A stretch of DNA of 61,464 bases, the filler included, from Basidiobolus ranarum (Eukaryota): the NCBI GenBank assembly GCA_040143965.1. It is 6 parts of 6 records of this genome, joined end to end, with 100 filler letters (N's around TTAATTAATTAA, not from the genome) between each part and the next. Parts side by side here need not be neighbours in the genome. Positions count along the whole stretch, not along the records: positions 10,290 to 20,464 come from JASJQH010007606.1; positions 20,565 to 30,722 come from JASJQH010007607.1; 4 more parts are not named here. One strand, 5' to 3'. How positions within the stretch are numbered: the first letter of the stretch is position 1; every line of letters starts with the position of its first letter. The notes beneath the pieces were generated by a model, which saw nothing but the letters and a program-made list of their open reading frames with translations, was not told the DNA's origin and made no database searches. Shown piece by piece: positions 13,990 through 26,533 of this stretch. Position numbers and translations under genes: made by a program.

Positions 13990-15725
13990 GAGAACCTAGT
14001 CAATTCATGAACGAAACCAACTTGCAAAACACATGAACTTGTGAACAATTCAAACCATCCACTCCTGTAAATTGGCAAGACTAAAAATACTCCTGCTTAA
14101 AATGGAAGCGTTATTTGTGGCTTATAATTGTTTATATTTATGAATGTCCATATATGCTAAGATTGTTTTAGCTAGATAGCAGGAAAAGATAAGGTATTGC
14201 GATATCCTGGGCTCATCATGTGTAGTAAATGTAAGCTGTAATCAGTAGCTGAAAGCTTATTCCTTAGACATCTTGATCGCAACAACGAAATATCCAGGTA
14301 TAAAACCAACGAAGATTACTGCTGGCACTTGGTAATACTTTCTAGGGATGATATACAACTAATTGCTGCCACTAATTGCTGCCACGACCGTAACCATGAC
14401 GACATCACTGATCAAATCAGTATATTTTACGCAAACTAAATTACTGTTTCTTAACTAAAGAAAGATCTGAGGTCAGATCTGGAATATAGCCAGATTAATC
14501 AAGATACAATTAGCCAAATATATCAACTTCATCAAGCCCGAGCAAAGCAATGGCTACGTAAATATATAAATTGAATCAAGGATTTTGATCAAGAGTTGAA
14601 AGAAAATATTGAAGTCATTCTGCTGGCCCAAGATGCACAAGAATATTTATATTTATTGTACTCTCTTGTTATTGTTTTCTAGCGTTAACGGAATTTGTAC
14701 ATTGATTTTATTAAACACAACTAATATCAAAATCGTTCATTCGACAGTGGATTGGACCATTGAACTTACTCCTAACTTGTTGGTAAGCAAGTACTTCAAA
14801 TGGTAAGAAAGATTGCATCAAACGAAGCGAATGAAGAAAACCATCTAAATAGAAGGTTAAACCTGAGATTTTTGGCAATTCTTGGGTCTGTGTTTTGATT
14901 TATCTGAGAATCTAGTCAACAAAAGAACTGAATCAACTCGCAAAACAAACAAGAATCTGAGCAATTGAAACGCTTTACTCTTGTAAAAATGGCAAGGATA
15001 AAAATACTTTAGAATAAGAAGAGTGAGTTATTTTTAGTCCTTGATTGTTTACGTTTATGAGGGGTTAGAAATGGTCTTATGGCTAGGAATGTCTTAGTTA
15101 GAAAACAGGAAAGAATAAGGTTGGCTGACGGTGTAGTGAGAACGATATGTTAAGTAGAATATTAAAATCGAGATCGCGTTGTGATGCTCTTAATTCGGGA
15201 ATAACTTAGAGTGGGGAGTAAAACCTTCTAATTTAGGTTTCTTAAGACATGTCTACGTCATTGATAAGTAGGGGAAGAGCATCAACATACCTCTAACCCT
15301 GTTGTTTGCTTTTCTTCGCTAATAAAGTAGCGTGACATTAGCCAGGGTATATATATGGCAATGCAAAGATATGCCAGATAGCGTTGATTCATGCTGAAAT
15401 ATTACCCGCATGAATCAACAATGCGATTACTTTACTGACCAAATTACCATATTTTGTGTTTATAAAATCGTGTGGGAGACTATTTATTAATAGAATGCCT
15501 GAAGTCAGATCTGAAATGGACGGATCAACTCCGTTGTCAAGATGTAACTAACCAAATACATCAAATGCTATCAAGGTACAACCGGTTAAATCCATCAACT
15601 CAGCTTCATCGATGAGATTATTAAGGCCGTGGAAGCAAATGCAGGTAATTGAAACAGGATATTTATTTGAAGTAATTCTGCAGAGTCAAGATGTACAAGA
15701 ATATATACATCTATTGTTCCTCACA
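13990..15725 (+). repeat. Diverged ~0.9-1 kb direct duplication of non-coding DNA
   Basis: 13990-14200 resembles 14906-15122 (GAGAAcCTAGTCAA...TGGCAAG..TAAAAATACT...GCAGGAAAAGATAAGGT); 14468-14665 resembles 15499-15722 (GTCAGATCTG...CAAGATG.ACAAGAATAT). Confidence 0.7.
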
Positions 15726-16961
15726 GCTCTAAATGATTTTAAAAGTGAGAATAACCACGGCATCATTTGCAGATTATAGATTGCTTCCGATTCTCTTTGA
15801 GTTAGTAAATGTTCTATCACTCATTTATCGATTCTATTACAAAGAAGTATACTATGATTGAAAAACATCTACTCGCAACAAAGTGTCATACCACCTTATT
15901 TAAGTGTCCTTTGATGTTTACCACCACTTGTTCGCATAGATATAGCTGAGTACACATCTCTCGGGGTAGTTGTACAATACACGATGGTTGGTATTAGATG
16001 CCAAACAGTATATTTCTTAGCAGCTCAATGTTGTTAAGGTTAGCACATGGTGATCAAATTCTGACGTTTATTCTAAGTTTTGCACACTTAACTTGAAGCA
16101 CTTATTGTGATCTCCAACATTGAGATATTTGCTTTAAAAAACTCATTTCACCGAACAATGAAAATCATCCTGAAAGTTTGAATTCTCCGAAAAACAAAAA
16201 TGGGGCGTATATTCAGATACTTTTGAGAAGTAAAGTAATTAGTGAAAGAATAACCCAACAAATGATAATCAGGTTCACGGAAAAACTTCTCACTGGAACA
16301 ACAGTACTATTGAACAGACTGTCGGGAGAGTTACCCACGTTAGTTCTCATGATATGTTGCCTTAAAGGATCAACTTTTCAAAAATTACTAATTGGTCTCT
16401 GATTTTTTTTCACATTCAGTATGATGCAATTATGGCATTCCTATTTACAAGGTTTGACAACCATCCGACTACTCGTCGCTCAGAAATTAACTCTTGTGTG
16501 ATTCTTGAAATCACTACCCCCTGCTAGCATTGTTAAAATTGCAACTGGAAATCTGTGCCAAGAAGTAAACAGAGATCGTTCTTGTGAAAAATAACTAAGA
16601 CGTTGCCGCTGATAGATATGTTTTTGTAAGACTGACACAATTTTGATAATGTAAGTGATAATTTAAGATACTAGTATAAATATATGCAATATAATTGGAA
16701 TAAATTTTTCAGTGAATAATCATCAATTGTAAATTCGAGGTTTCCCATATTTTGGCGATTTGTATAAATATAGATGATATGTGTAGTTGGAACAGTATCG
16801 TGCGGCACCGCTTATTTTCCGTGTTGCTCATAAGCCTCTTAGCACCATAGGCTTGTTACTACTTGTAGTTTAAGAGCGTCATTTTAAGCGTAGACGAAAA
16901 GAGTATCTAAGTACCCTTTCATGCTTTCCTAATATTGACGGAAACTTGAGGGTCGGGAACT

Positions 16962-17098
16962 CATACATTCACTTTATTAAATACAATGATTTATACATTT
17001 CAATACGCATACATTCACTTTATTAAATACAATGATTTATACATTTCAATACGCATACATTCACTTTATTAAATACAATGATTTATACATTTCAATAC
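16962..17098 (+). repeat. 46-bp tandem repeat, 3 copies
   Basis: CATACATTCACTTTATTAAATACAATGATTTATACATTTCAATACG at 16962, 17008 and 17054 (last copy lacks the final G); no spacers. Confidence 0.95.
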
Positions 17099-17579
17099 AA
17101 CTCTCACTATTCACATCATTGAAGACAATACAAACTTCATGATACGAAACAATGTCTAAAATATCAATGAAGTAACTAAGATATTCAGACTGTATGTATC
17201 ACTCGCATAATAATGATTTGAGCGAACAAATTATGACTGTTTGTATAAGAAATCTCATATATAAGTTTAATGGGAGCGAGATTCGAACCCTCGCCATTGG
17301 AGTGATTGTTCATTTTCCTAACGTATGTGTGAAGTCAGTAATTAAGACTGTCTAATAATCATTATCACTAGCCTGGAAGAAAGTGGCCTAAAGAACATTT
17401 TGTCCAATAGACAATGATCACTTCCATCTATTTGGTATTATCTTATTCTATCTAGAAACCTGCTCAAGAGAGCCTCTTTATTGACTGTTTGTTATCAATA
17501 TTAAAAATGTAAACATGAAAGACACGCTATTCCTGAATAGCGCAAGTTAATGTAAGAGAAGACAAATAGATTAAAAATA

Positions 17580-18881
17580 CTATAAGTTCAACACATAATG
17601 AGTGAAAAAATAAATTGCTCCAAGTAGTACAGAGCTTGCTTTGACCGATGGAGCTGAATTTCCATGCGCATGGGTCTCAACTGTTTGATGTGCTACGCTA
17701 GCACTCAAGCCATTAGATGAACTTAAACTGGCTGGGGATGGGGGGAGCAAAGAAGTGTCTGATACTGAAGTAGATTTGGATTCACTAGAGCTACTGGCCT
17801 TAGACGAAGCTTCGATACTAGTTGATTTGGTGGTGGAAGTAGAAGCAGGGATTACACTAGTTGGAAAGAGCTGAACTGCGTTACCATTGCTTTGACATTC
17901 AATTTGAACCGAGTCAAAGTAGGCCTTGTAAACTGTGTTAGGATTACTCCAATTAGTTGGTCCACCAGCCCAGTACTCAGTTCCATTGGAGCCACGACCA
18001 CCATCCCAGATACCAAATTTGACCTGAGCTAGTTGAGATGGATATTTGTATACTTTTGACTTTTCATCGTAGGTATCCTTCTTGTAGAGTGTTCTGACCA
18101 GCTTATTATTTACATACCACTTGATAAACTCCTCTTCCCATTGGAATTTGTATTCATTGAAGCCAGCCGAAGTGTCACTGCCAACAGAGGTCGAATTCAT
18201 ATTTCTCCAATCCTTTTGGTCTTTATAGTAGTAGTAATTGGTTTGAACATCATTTGGACTTTTGCCAACCCATTCAAAGTCAATTTCATCACCCTCGGAA
18301 CTACGAATGATAAAGGAGGTCACAACACCAGGAGTTACGGAAGCAGTCTTAACTTTGGCGGTAACAGTGCCATATTGAATCCATCTAACATAGGATACAG
18401 TTGCACCTACTCCTTGCAGATTTCCTTCACTGTTTTTTTTGGTGCCAAGTGTCATACTTAAAACAAGTTCATCATTTTGGATGACTGCATGATGCTTGTC
18501 AAATTCACTAACCCACTCATAACCTCCCTTGGGATTTCCATCGAACTCCGTAAATTCAATCAGATCGTTCTTACTAAAATCCTCTGAAAAGCTTTCACAC
18601 TGAGGTTTAGGATAGCAACTGTCTGGTGAATAACTGTTACTGGGATCACAGATGGTTGCTATACAATGGTGACCAAGATGAAAACACCAGCCATCGGAGC
18701 AACAAGGGGTATACTCCGGGCAAGTAGCATTGTTGTTTTTACATATAGCATTGACTTGGCTACTACTGAGAATTAGCAGAGTTAAGAGAGATAACTAAAT
18801 GGAAAAGGGGAGAAACCGTTAACTTATTGAAAAGTAGATGGAATTGGAAATTAGGATGTATATCACCTTTTTAACCGCCAT
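17580..18881 (-). CDS. UTR2: GH16 Crh/Utr2-type chitin-glucan transglycosylase, copy B
   Basis: Exon 1 18881-18867 (MAVKK), exon 2 18794-17580, open and in frame with the listed ORF; CPEYTPCCSDGWC domain, DEIDFEWVG, Ser-rich tail, GPI-like end; same intron position as copy A. Confidence 0.92.
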
Positions 18882-20291
18882 GTTGAATTTGCTAATACGA
18901 ATAATGTAGACTACAAGCTGTGCTATATTCTTAGTTAAACTCACGCTTTATATTCAAATCTCATATATCTATCTTCCATTGTGCGTTCCTAACACTAGAT
19001 ATGTACAAGCCGAGTTCAACCTTATTTGGACATTGATTGAACTGGATTTTCTGTACTAGGTCGCAAGAGGCTTTTCAACCGATATTCGATAGTAAATGGC
19101 AATCAAGGTCACATAATATCATATACGATAAAAATACATGTGATTACGGGGCTAGAAACTCAAGTTTGGTATATCTTATTGGATACCATGCTATAATAAG
19201 GGATATAGTCAACCAGTGAATTGAATGGTCTTGAAAACAGAACATTTTCATTATTAATGGAACCTCAGAACATTAAAAATAAAACTCGACTATGAATATT
19301 TCACATTAAAGAGGATATGTTATCTTTGGTAGGTATAGGAGACTTGAAATATCCTAATATGGACGGAGAGTTGGATAATGGTAGGTGTCTTCAACTTGCA
19401 CTATCTCATTTTTGCACCATTGGGTATAGGTACTATGCAAACAGAAGAAATGAAGTTTAAATGATTCTATGACCTTTACATGGATAACGTAATGAATAGA
19501 GAGAACCAAAATAAGTAGCTCGTATTATGACTATAAGTGATTAAGTATGACTGGTGAGAGGAGTGGTTGGAGAAAATGTCAAAACCGCTCAACAAACAAC
19601 AGCAATGCTCTTTGGGAATATGGTGTGGGGAGTTGAAGTTTATATTTTTTCATTCCGTGACATTAGCCAGGGTACATGGGTTAGGGTATATATGGTAATG
19701 CAAAGGTATACCAAACAATATCCATTCATGCTGAAGTATTACCCGCATGAATCAACAATGCATATTGTGGAGCGTCTAGAATATTATTACAAAATGCATA
19801 ATTAAAGAGTTACTGATGCAAGAAATACCTTTCATATTTTCGCTGAGGATTAACAATTCAGATAAGATTCAGCATATCCGATGTTACGGTATACCAATCT
19901 TGTTGGATAGACTGGATACTTTTACAAAGTATGAAGATGTTATTCATTCTCTGAAAACACTCCTGGCTCTATATTTTGAAATTATTGTGCAGATCACAAG
20001 CTAGATGCCCCCATCAAAATATATGAAAATGACCCTGCTTTGATCATTTTTGATTGGGTTGAGTATCATCAAATAGCTCTAATAGGATAATATAAAGTGA
20101 AATAGTATGTGCTAGTAATAGGTGGTATAGTGATTGAGAGGTTCAGTATGTCGAAATCATATATAGCTTTTGGCAAGTAATAGGTTCAGGAAACTAATAC
20201 ATTTAGTACTGTGAGTTTAGCCTGTAGCCTTTGACTGGTAACTAGCAAACACAATGAAAATAGCTATTTTAGAATAGCATGTAGTCCTAGG

Positions 20292-20464
20292 TGTTGAAGT
20301 ATTTTGGAAGTTTGTTGGTGTTGAAGTTAGCGTAGCCTAAACTCCTATATAGTCACATATGTTAAAGTATTTGGGAGCCTGTTGGAAGTGGTTTGGAGAA
20401 TTAGAGGAATTGGTGGTTTTCACTTATTGATTTATTGAGTATTCAGTTGACATTTATAGTTTTG
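20292..20464. mobile_element. Three nested copia LTR termini running into the contig end
   Basis: LTR 3' end (minus) at 20292, LTR 5' end (plus; TGTTGAAGTTAGCGTAGCCTAAA) at 20319, another LTR 3' end (minus) at 20360. Confidence 0.8.
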
Positions 20465-20564
20465 NNNNNNNNNNNNNNNNNNNNNNNNNNNNNNNNNNNN
20501 NNNNNNNNTTAATTAATTAANNNNNNNNNNNNNNNNNNNNNNNNNNNNNNNNNNNNNNNNNNNN
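20465..20564. other. Artificial contig spacer
   Basis: 100-nt N block with TTAATTAATTAA. Confidence 0.97.
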
Positions 20565-22650
20565 ACACATCTACTTCCCTTTGCTATTCCCCCCAGTGCA
20601 GAAATGGTTAACGGTTGGGGAAAGAGTGAAAAAGATTATGCACCGTACTTGCCAGACTCTTTCCTCAAAGAACTCGATGCAGAATTACTTGAAAATTTTA
20701 ATAGTTAAAGCAGAATTTAACGCGGTTATATATATATACTAATTTATTACTATTTATCTTATCCATATCATTGAGCCATCGGTGCTTCTTTATGATCTTC
20801 AGTGCAACATATACTCACATGTTGTTAATTCAGCTATTTTTGATCGCTTTGGGAGCTGTTAGTATTGTATTCACTACCATTTGCCTGAGTTTCCCATTTA
20901 TTTCTTTTCTTATGTTACATTGTTTCTTTGATCTGTACTGTTGAGAACATGTTATACTCTTCTACGTGGAATATCCTCTTGATCGATTTGATTATTTCCA
21001 TAGACAGTTATTCGACTAGTTTACTTGTTAAAATAATCATACCATTACACTTGTATTCCCATGGAAAATCTCTTTACACTTCTTCAACCCTATTGTTACA
21101 ATGAAGAATGATGCGGACCATTGAGCTTGTAGAGAATTTTTTATAAACATTTTCTTGAGCCTTTAGGAGTAGAAAGCTTCCTGCATTTACCAACATAGCT
21201 AGAATAATATTCAGGGGATTTCACATACGCGTAAGTATTTCCCTACCGTACGATAATCCGAAAGCACCCCTAGTTGGAACTAGATTCTATAACCGATTAG
21301 TTCCATTAGTTCAGTCCCTGATTTAAGCTGTTCAATAGAAAGTATTGTTATCTGTGTGCTGAAATAGAATAGTCATTTAATATACAATGAGTGAACTCGG
21401 TTTTGCGAGCTAACACTTGAACTGCAACAGAGATGACCAATAACGGCTCTTCCACATGAAGAGATACATACAATAAAGTTTGGTGGAAACTAAGAGAATA
21501 CTGCAAAAAGTTTTGCTCCTCTAGCATGAGGTAGAATAGGATAGCTGCATGTACAATCAAGAGGGAATCCTTATCTCTCCAGTTTCAAACGCCAATGAAC
21601 TTATACTGACAACCAGCAATAAATTCAATACATTAACTTTAAATCACATGTAGCCCAAAACGGTCTCATCTATTTGATATCTCGATCTCACCATATGCTA
21701 CATGCTCCTTGCCAGAGCATGCCCAAATTCCCGGGAGTAGAGGGCAATCCCTCGACACAAGATAAGGGTTGGAATAAGGAATGTCGAGAAACAGGGAGGT
21801 TACGTGCATCCTTGAAATGCTAGTAAGTCTTGGAGGCATCTCTAAGTGGTGAAGTTATCAACAATCAGTTAAGGTTAAATGGAACCAACACTAATATGCT
21901 CGAGGGCGACGCCTATCCATACAAGGCTCAAGTGGCTGGTACTCAGGGTTATATCTGGGTTGTCATATGAGTGTAATCAATGCTTCAAACCATACTAGGT
22001 CATATGGTAATAACCCGGATCCACGTGGTTGGTTGCCCATCTCAATGGTTTCATTTGTTAATTTTGGACATGAATCTGGTGGCATTGTTGACATCTTTTC
22101 ACATGGACTCATAGGGTGTTGTATTAGAGTACAGGTAAAAAGGAAGCTACCCCGGGGAGGTCTCATGGCTACTGGAACTCAAACTCTGATAGTGTATGTA
22201 CTATCCCTTTATTCACCAGCTGATATTACACTATTATATTTAGCGGATTTGGCGAAATATGTGAATTAACTATTTCTTCATTCAGCCTTTAGGAGTGTTT
22301 TATAGGGGCGCTTGGAGCAACTTCATCGCCATGCTTATCTATGACCACATTCTTGTTTAAGAAAATTAATATCAATTGAGTCAGTGATATAAGCTTGCTG
22401 GCGTACGATATTGATGTGCTTATCAGTGTCCGACATAATTGCTATCTTAGGTAACCCACTGAATCAATTAGGAAAGTAAATAGATCAGTCAAAATAAGGT
22501 CCCGTTATTCATTCAGTATTCCGATCTATTATTACACATCATGGTTGCTAGAGTGAGATCGAATAGGTAGGCCGTCATGAACATTTATTTAGACCTCGCT
22601 TCACATTATCCCCCAACTTTTATCCTTCTATCCACGCTCGAGTAGCTGAC

Positions 22651-24294
22651 ATGACCGGTTTAAAATTTAGTGAACCGAAGCGTACACATGAATGTGAGCC
22701 ATTACTACCAACTGCTGGGAACTCCAAGCGTTACGGCCCACTCAGTGCTGATGATGATATCCCCACCATGGGAAAGATAATCCCTTTGAGGCGCAACAAG
22801 ACAATGATTGAGAAAAATAAACAAGCGAACAACCTTATTGACAAGTTTACTGGAATCGCCATAGAAGGCGAAAGTACTACAGGCGGCGTATTATTCAACC
22901 TTCTAAAGTTCAATACCAAAAGAAATACTGCTGCCAAAGCTAAAAAGCACTTTCCTCCGAGCCTGAACGATGGACGTGACCAAATCGAAGATATCTCTTG
23001 TAGCTCAGATGAGGATACCATAACCGAAAAGCAATTGGAAGCGAGGGCCGAGGCCACCGCGTTCATCGCTGATATCTTGTTGAGACAAGACTATCTTATT
23101 CTTTTATCTAAAGCTATGGTGGTCCTTGGGTCACCAGCACACCGTCTCGATGATAACATGAGTCGAGCCTCTGCTGCTCTAAATGTCCAGTCTTCATTTG
23201 CTTTCTTGCCAGGAGTCATTATGATTTCGTATGGTGATGAGCAGACACATACAAGTGAAACTCATATCATTAAGGTGGATCGCGGATATAATATGTACAA
23301 ACTGGATCAAGTAAACACCATATCAAAGCACGTAATATATGGACATATCAAAGTAGAAGATGCTTATGAGGCTTTGGAGAAGGTAATGGATTCTGAAGAC
23401 CTGTATTCATGGTGGTGTGATATTCTAGTCTTCGGTGCCTCCTCCTTTTTAATCGCCCCTTTAGCTTTCCAGGGTAATTGGGGAGAGGCTTTTGTTAGTG
23501 GCATTCTTGGTACACTCATTGGTATTCTGAATCAAATTTCAAAGAAACTCTTCAATTATGCAAATGTGTTCGAAATCTCAGCAGCGGTTATAACATCTGT
23601 GGTTGCTACTGGTCTTCGCCATCAAATTTGCTATCAATCCGTGATCATGTCTTCAGTATCTATGTTGCTACCTGGTCTTGGTTTAACCACATCTGTGATG
23701 GAACTGGCGTCACGTAATTTAATTTCCGGGGTAGTGCGCCTGGTATATTCCCTGGTAGTAGCTTTCATGCTAGGATTTGGTTTATCTTTTGGATCACAAA
23801 TGTGGCGAGCAATTGATAAGGATAAGAGTGATGGAATGGAATGTCTTCCACCGCTTCCCGAATACTGGACTTTCATCCTGTTGCCCGCCACTTCGATCCT
23901 TTATTGTATCAATCTTCAAGCACATGCACGTCAGTGGCCAATGATGATTTCTCTATCTTGTACTGGGTTTGCCATATCGCAATATTCGTCACAAGTTCTT
24001 GATCCCACAGCTTCAGCAGCCTTTTCATCATTCTGTCTTGGTTTGCTTGGTAATATCTACTCACGTATCACCCATGCACCAGGATTTGCCGCTACTCTGT
24101 GCGGAGTGATGTTATTGGTACCAGGAGGTTTAGGTGTGCGTGCGGTATATGAATCATTTGGTCAAAATGGGAATGGTACAGCGCTTGCCTTCGAGATGAT
24201 CGTTATAGCACTAAGTATATCAGTGGGATTATTTGTCAGTACATTGTTGGTATATCCTACTGGTAAAAGAAGAACCGCTCTGTTAACATTTTAA
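22651..24294 (+). CDS. PRM10: Prm10-like ThrE-family (threonine/serine exporter-like) membrane protein, copy 1
   Basis: Intronless 547-aa ORF; GSPAHRL, FAFLPG, THTSETH, LLPGL....ELASRNLISGVVRL and LLVPGG motifs; about ten hydrophobic segments. Confidence 0.9.
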   Translation: MTGLKFSEPKRTHECEPLLPTAGNSKRYGPLSADDDIPTMGKIIPLRRNKTMIEKNKQANNLIDKFTGIAIEGESTTGGVLFNLLKFNTKRNTAAKAKKHFPPSLNDGRDQIEDISCSSDEDTITEKQLEARAEATAFIADILLRQDYLILLSKAMVVLGSPAHRLDDNMSRASAALNVQSSFAFLPGVIMISYGDEQTHTSETHIIKVDRGYNMYKLDQVNTISKHVIYGHIKVEDAYEALEKVMDSEDLYSWWCDILVFGASSFLIAPLAFQGNWGEAFVSGILGTLIGILNQISKKLFNYANVFEISAAVITSVVATGLRHQICYQSVIMSSVSMLLPGLGLTTSVMELASRNLISGVVRLVYSLVVAFMLGFGLSFGSQMWRAIDKDKSDGMECLPPLPEYWTFILLPATSILYCINLQAHARQWPMMISLSCTGFAISQYSSQVLDPTASAAFSSFCLGLLGNIYSRITHAPGFAATLCGVMLLVPGGLGVRAVYESFGQNGNGTALAFEMIVIALSISVGLFVSTLLVYPTGKRRTALLTF

Positions 24295-24845
24295 CCTCAT
24301 TATTTAGAAATATTCATTTATCATCTTGGATGAATTCATCATATATTTGAATATCAACTGATTATGTAATCCATTGTTGATTAGTACATTTAACAAGTAA
24401 ATAGCCCATTGCCATTATCCAATTCTATCAGGTGAATTTTCAGTCATAGTAAATTTTCTAGTGAAATAGGAAAAAAATGGATTATAAGTTCAGTGTAAAC
24501 TGCGCTAGAGGGCATATTAGAGGAAGTATATGAGCTTGAAAGCAGTGGCTATTCTTTTTGCCTTATGGCAAGGTTGAAGATCTCTGATAAATGTATTTAT
24601 AGATTTTAATATCTTTTGATATACTACAGAGAAGTTGATAGGATAGCTCCTCAGGACATCTGTGAATGTTAAATGTGTCATCTGAACCTAATTGTGAAGA
24701 CTTTTTATTGCCAAGCTCAACTTTACCCATTTAGTGACATTAAACATATACATTCAATACGTTCTTTGCGCTATAATGTAAAATATTATCAACACTAAAG
24801 AAAAGAGGTGCTAAAGAGATAGTAACTTAAATATGGGGCCCTCCC

Positions 24846-25033
24846 TGTTGAAATAAGCATAGCCTAAACACCTATATAGTTGTATATAGCTTGGTATTTA
24901 GTTATTCCATGGTTGCTTACCTCTTGACAAAACTAAAAATGTCAACTTTCTACCCAATAGATCAATAAGTAAAAACCATGAATTCTTATAGTTCTTGATA
25001 CCACTTCCAACAAACTCCCAAAATACTTCAACA
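24846..25033 (+). mobile_element. Internally deleted copia solo LTR (188 bp) with 5-bp target site duplication
   Basis: TGTTGAAAT...ACTTCAACA flanked by CTCCC at 24841-24845 and 25034-25038. Confidence 0.92.
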
Positions 25034-26533
25034 CTCCCATAGTTTGAGCATTGTATTCATTGGCATAGGGTCAACTCATTGCAAATATGAAGTTCAATGT
25101 TCTTGATAAATGTGAATATGTTCAGGGTCCTGCTAAGTAATATATTGTAATAGTGGGGCGTTTTACAGCACCATTTGATATGACCCATATACAATATTGA
25201 TGCTGAGATTCAGTTTCTCCTATCTATGGTATGCACCCTTCAGGTAGGAATTTGTAGCTAGAATCAATTAGAATGTGATAAGAGTAATCAAACAGTACAC
25301 CAAGCGAAAGAACTCATACTGTGTAGCTATTCTGATATATGGAGTGTATGGGACTGAGTTGATTTCTCTGATACAACTGAGTACTTTGCTTTTGGATTGT
25401 TTCACATTTGTAACAAGAGTCCATCATTAAGATCAATCCAGAGAATTGACATGTAGTCTTTGCATTGATTTGGCCATCAATGAATCCTAACCCTATCATT
25501 TATTGAATACCTTGAGAAAATGAACTTGGTATCATAGTTTAGTAAAGAATGAGAATAAATATCAAGATTGGCGAATTAGGAGAGATTGTGGAGGCATGAT
25601 TTCTTTCTGGAGTTATCGATTGGCTCAAGTGATGCATCCCAATGGGACGGAGTAACAATAGAGCACAAAGCTATCCAAATCAAATCGATCAAGCACACCA
25701 AGCTAGAAAAATTAGGGGCAATCTTTGCGTGGATAGGTCGATTGGGTAACTGGTATATATATAGTAATACAGATCTTGATTAGACTTGTCAATACAACAT
25801 AATTCCTAAACCGTTCTCAAGCGATGAGTTCATCAATAACTTAATCCGGAACTAATATTTCTAGTTCAATGAATAATTGCAAATCATTCTAAGAATTCGC
25901 AATTTCTGCTTGTATCAGGAATATACTGACTTCATAATCCCGTGCATGTTGTTTCTCTTAACCTAGTCAATCCTAGAGGGATGACTAATTAACGTTACAC
26001 GTACGTTCGGAAAACTGGTTGAGTACGGTTAATCTGATAGCACCGAAGTGTTGATGATTCGTTGGGATCCTGATTGGAACACTTCTTGCGCGCTTTAATT
26101 ACGAGTAAACTATAAGTAAGTGAGTTGAATCAGCGTATTTTATTAACTACGCCTCCGAGCACATCGGCTTCGAAGGCGGTGATGTACTATACAGTTGAGA
26201 TAATGCTCTACTTTCGGTCCATTATCGATATGCCAACCTTATGAGGGGATGATATGGAGGAGAGAGTGATGGTGGTGGAAAGTAGATAGCAGACGAGTAA
26301 ATAAATGGTATTGGGTGAGTGTAGAGTAACAGAAATAAGTTCTATACATAGATGTAGGTAAGTGATAGTGAGCTAGATTGATGGTTGGTTATTTCAAAAT
26401 GATTTGCCGATAATAGAAGGCATTCAGTACATATCTTCACAGAGATAATATGCGAATTAGGGTATACATGAAGAGTGGAGTATCGAGTACACTCTCAGAA
26501 GTGAATCATTTCGTAATACTCGTAAATCCTTAC

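Noticed and set aside
16962-17098. CRISPR-like array
   Set aside because: Units are contiguous with no unique spacers, and the context is eukaryotic.
17270-17296. tRNA T-loop/B-box-like GGTTCGAATC on the minus strand
   Set aside because: The T-stem does not pair in register and I could not build D, anticodon or acceptor arms.
20780-22270. Short ORFs 21348-21560, 21963-22166 and 21967-22269
   Set aside because: No motifs and no consistent splice model.
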